This document shows positions 54,124 through 54,632 of a stretch of 54,632 nucleotides of DNA, in pieces. The position numbers and the translations under genes are program-made. The stretch spans positions 113,130 to 167,761 of the forward strand of contig MFZK01000014.1 in NCBI GenBank assembly GCA_001789395.1. The letters run 5' to 3'. This stretch comes from Candidatus Roizmanbacteria bacterium RIFCSPHIGHO2_02_FULL_37_13b. Its GTDB lineage: Bacteria > Patescibacteriota > Microgenomatia > UBA1406 > HO2-37-13b. The number at the start of each line of letters is the position of its first letter. The first letter of the stretch is position 1. Under the pieces are notes generated by a model. That model was given only the letters and a program-made list of their open reading frames with translations. It did no database searches and had not been told where the DNA came from.

Positions 54124-54632
54124 TTAACGAAACCACCTTGCACGGCCAAGTTTGTAGGAGAGATTTTTATCCTGTCGTTCACCGATAATTTTAGCTGGCA
54201 CACCAGCGACTATTGCAAAGGGTGGTACATCTTTTGTGACGACACAAGCTGCAGCTACGATAGATCCTTTACCGATGGTGATGCCAGGCATGATTATTGC
54301 CCTGGGACCGATAAATACATAATCCTCTATCACTACCTTTTCAGTAATTGGCTTGAAATCCCGATCGTTTATATCGTGTTCGGAATTATAGATCATAACA
54401 TCGCTGGCTAAAGCCACGTGATTGCCGATTATAAGTTGATCACGACCATCTAAAACCGCATGTTCGCCAATAATCGAATCTTCACCGATTGAAATATTTT
54501 TAGGATCATAAAAACGTGTATACATATGGATCGAAGAACCATTGCCGATTTTGATCCCGCCCGATCGATAAACAAGACGTCTTATATGATGGAAGGGGAT
54601 TGAGCCGGATAAGTGAAGGAGATAGACTTCAA
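54124..54632 (-). CDS. hexapeptide-repeat (left-handed beta-helix) O-acetyltransferase, 5' end outside the window
   Basis: The frame stays open upstream of the ATG at 54525 through to the window edge (...IPFHHIRRLVYRSGGIKIGNGSSIH-M...). Hexapeptide repeats are present (IGEDSIIGEHAVLDG, IGNHVALASDVMI, IGPRAIIMPGITIGKGSIVAAACVV). Confidence 0.8.
   Translation of the reverse strand, partial: EVYLLHLSGSIPFHHIRRLVYRSGGIKIGNGSSIHMYTRFYDPKNISIGEDSIIGEHAVLDGRDQLIIGNHVALASDVMIYNSEHDINDRDFKPITEKVVIEDYVFIGPRAIIMPGITIGKGSIVAAACVVTKDVPPFAIVAGVPAKIIGERQDKNLSYKLGRARWFR

Noticed and set aside
54120-54203. Upstream extension of the Cys-rich protein ORF (MCQLKLSVNDRIK...)
   Set aside because: It would overlap the acetyltransferase gene by 80 nt. 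The ATG at 54119 lies 4 nt after that gene's stop and precedes the TM anchor.
1-54632. CRISPR arrays, integrases/transposases, prophage or toxin-antitoxin genes, rRNA, alternative genetic code
   Set aside because: No regularly spaced direct repeats were seen and no recognisable recombinase or phage structural genes. TGA, TAA and TAG all terminate well-supported genes (for example lon ends in TGA), so the standard bacterial code fits.

Overview
AT-rich, very tightly packed bacterial chromosome segment; many neighbouring genes overlap by 4 nt (ATGA) and there is no rRNA, CRISPR array, integrase or prophage. The gene content is mostly housekeeping with an archaeal flavour: archaeal-type phosphoglycerate mutase ApgM, class I LysRS, LysW-carrier lysine pathway, DUF4012, a stand-alone 5'-3' exonuclease and a TsaC-TsaE fusion. 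This suggests a small-genome, possibly CPR/Patescibacteria-like organism, but that is inference only. Standard stop codons are used.

Gene order along the window:
- 2-oxoacid:ferredoxin oxidoreductase subunits, Lon, a DsbA-like protein, two orphan proteins, a GNAT, tRNA-Glu, GreA.
- A nine-gene alpha-aminoadipate/LysW lysine biosynthesis operon (lysW, lysX, lysY, homocitrate synthase, homoaconitase large and small subunits, homoisocitrate dehydrogenase, lysZ, lysJ). It is followed by an Ntn-type class II amidotransferase-like gene translationally coupled to a class I LysRS that carries a C-terminal B3/4 domain.
- A GIY-YIG gene, RdgB, SerS, SecA, a histidine phosphatase.
- A two-component system plus copper module (HMA-permease-2x cupredoxin fusion, CopZ, CopA).
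- ApgM, enolase, 5'-3' exonuclease, FtsH, TsaC-TsaE fusion, TsaD, a second DsbA-like protein, tRNA-Met(CAT), transketolase, tRNA-Pro.
- A cell-envelope glycan cluster: sugar-phosphate transferase, DUF4012, RecO-like, ManC, GT4, GT4, GT2, GT39-like, a large Cys-rich anchored protein and an acetyltransferase.

The most unusual signal is a family of hairpin-forming elements with conserved GTCAT...ATGAC termini:
- One copy brackets the GIY-YIG ORF with perfect 10-bp terminal inverted repeats.
- Two ORF-less copies, each exactly 58 nt, sit inside operons.
- One degenerate copy lies in tandem next to the GIY-YIG unit.
- One solo hairpin lies in frame inside a membrane glycosyltransferase gene.
- A separate 41-nt palindrome sits inside an apparent in-frame insertion in tsaD.

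All functional calls come from motif recognition by eye. No database search was run.
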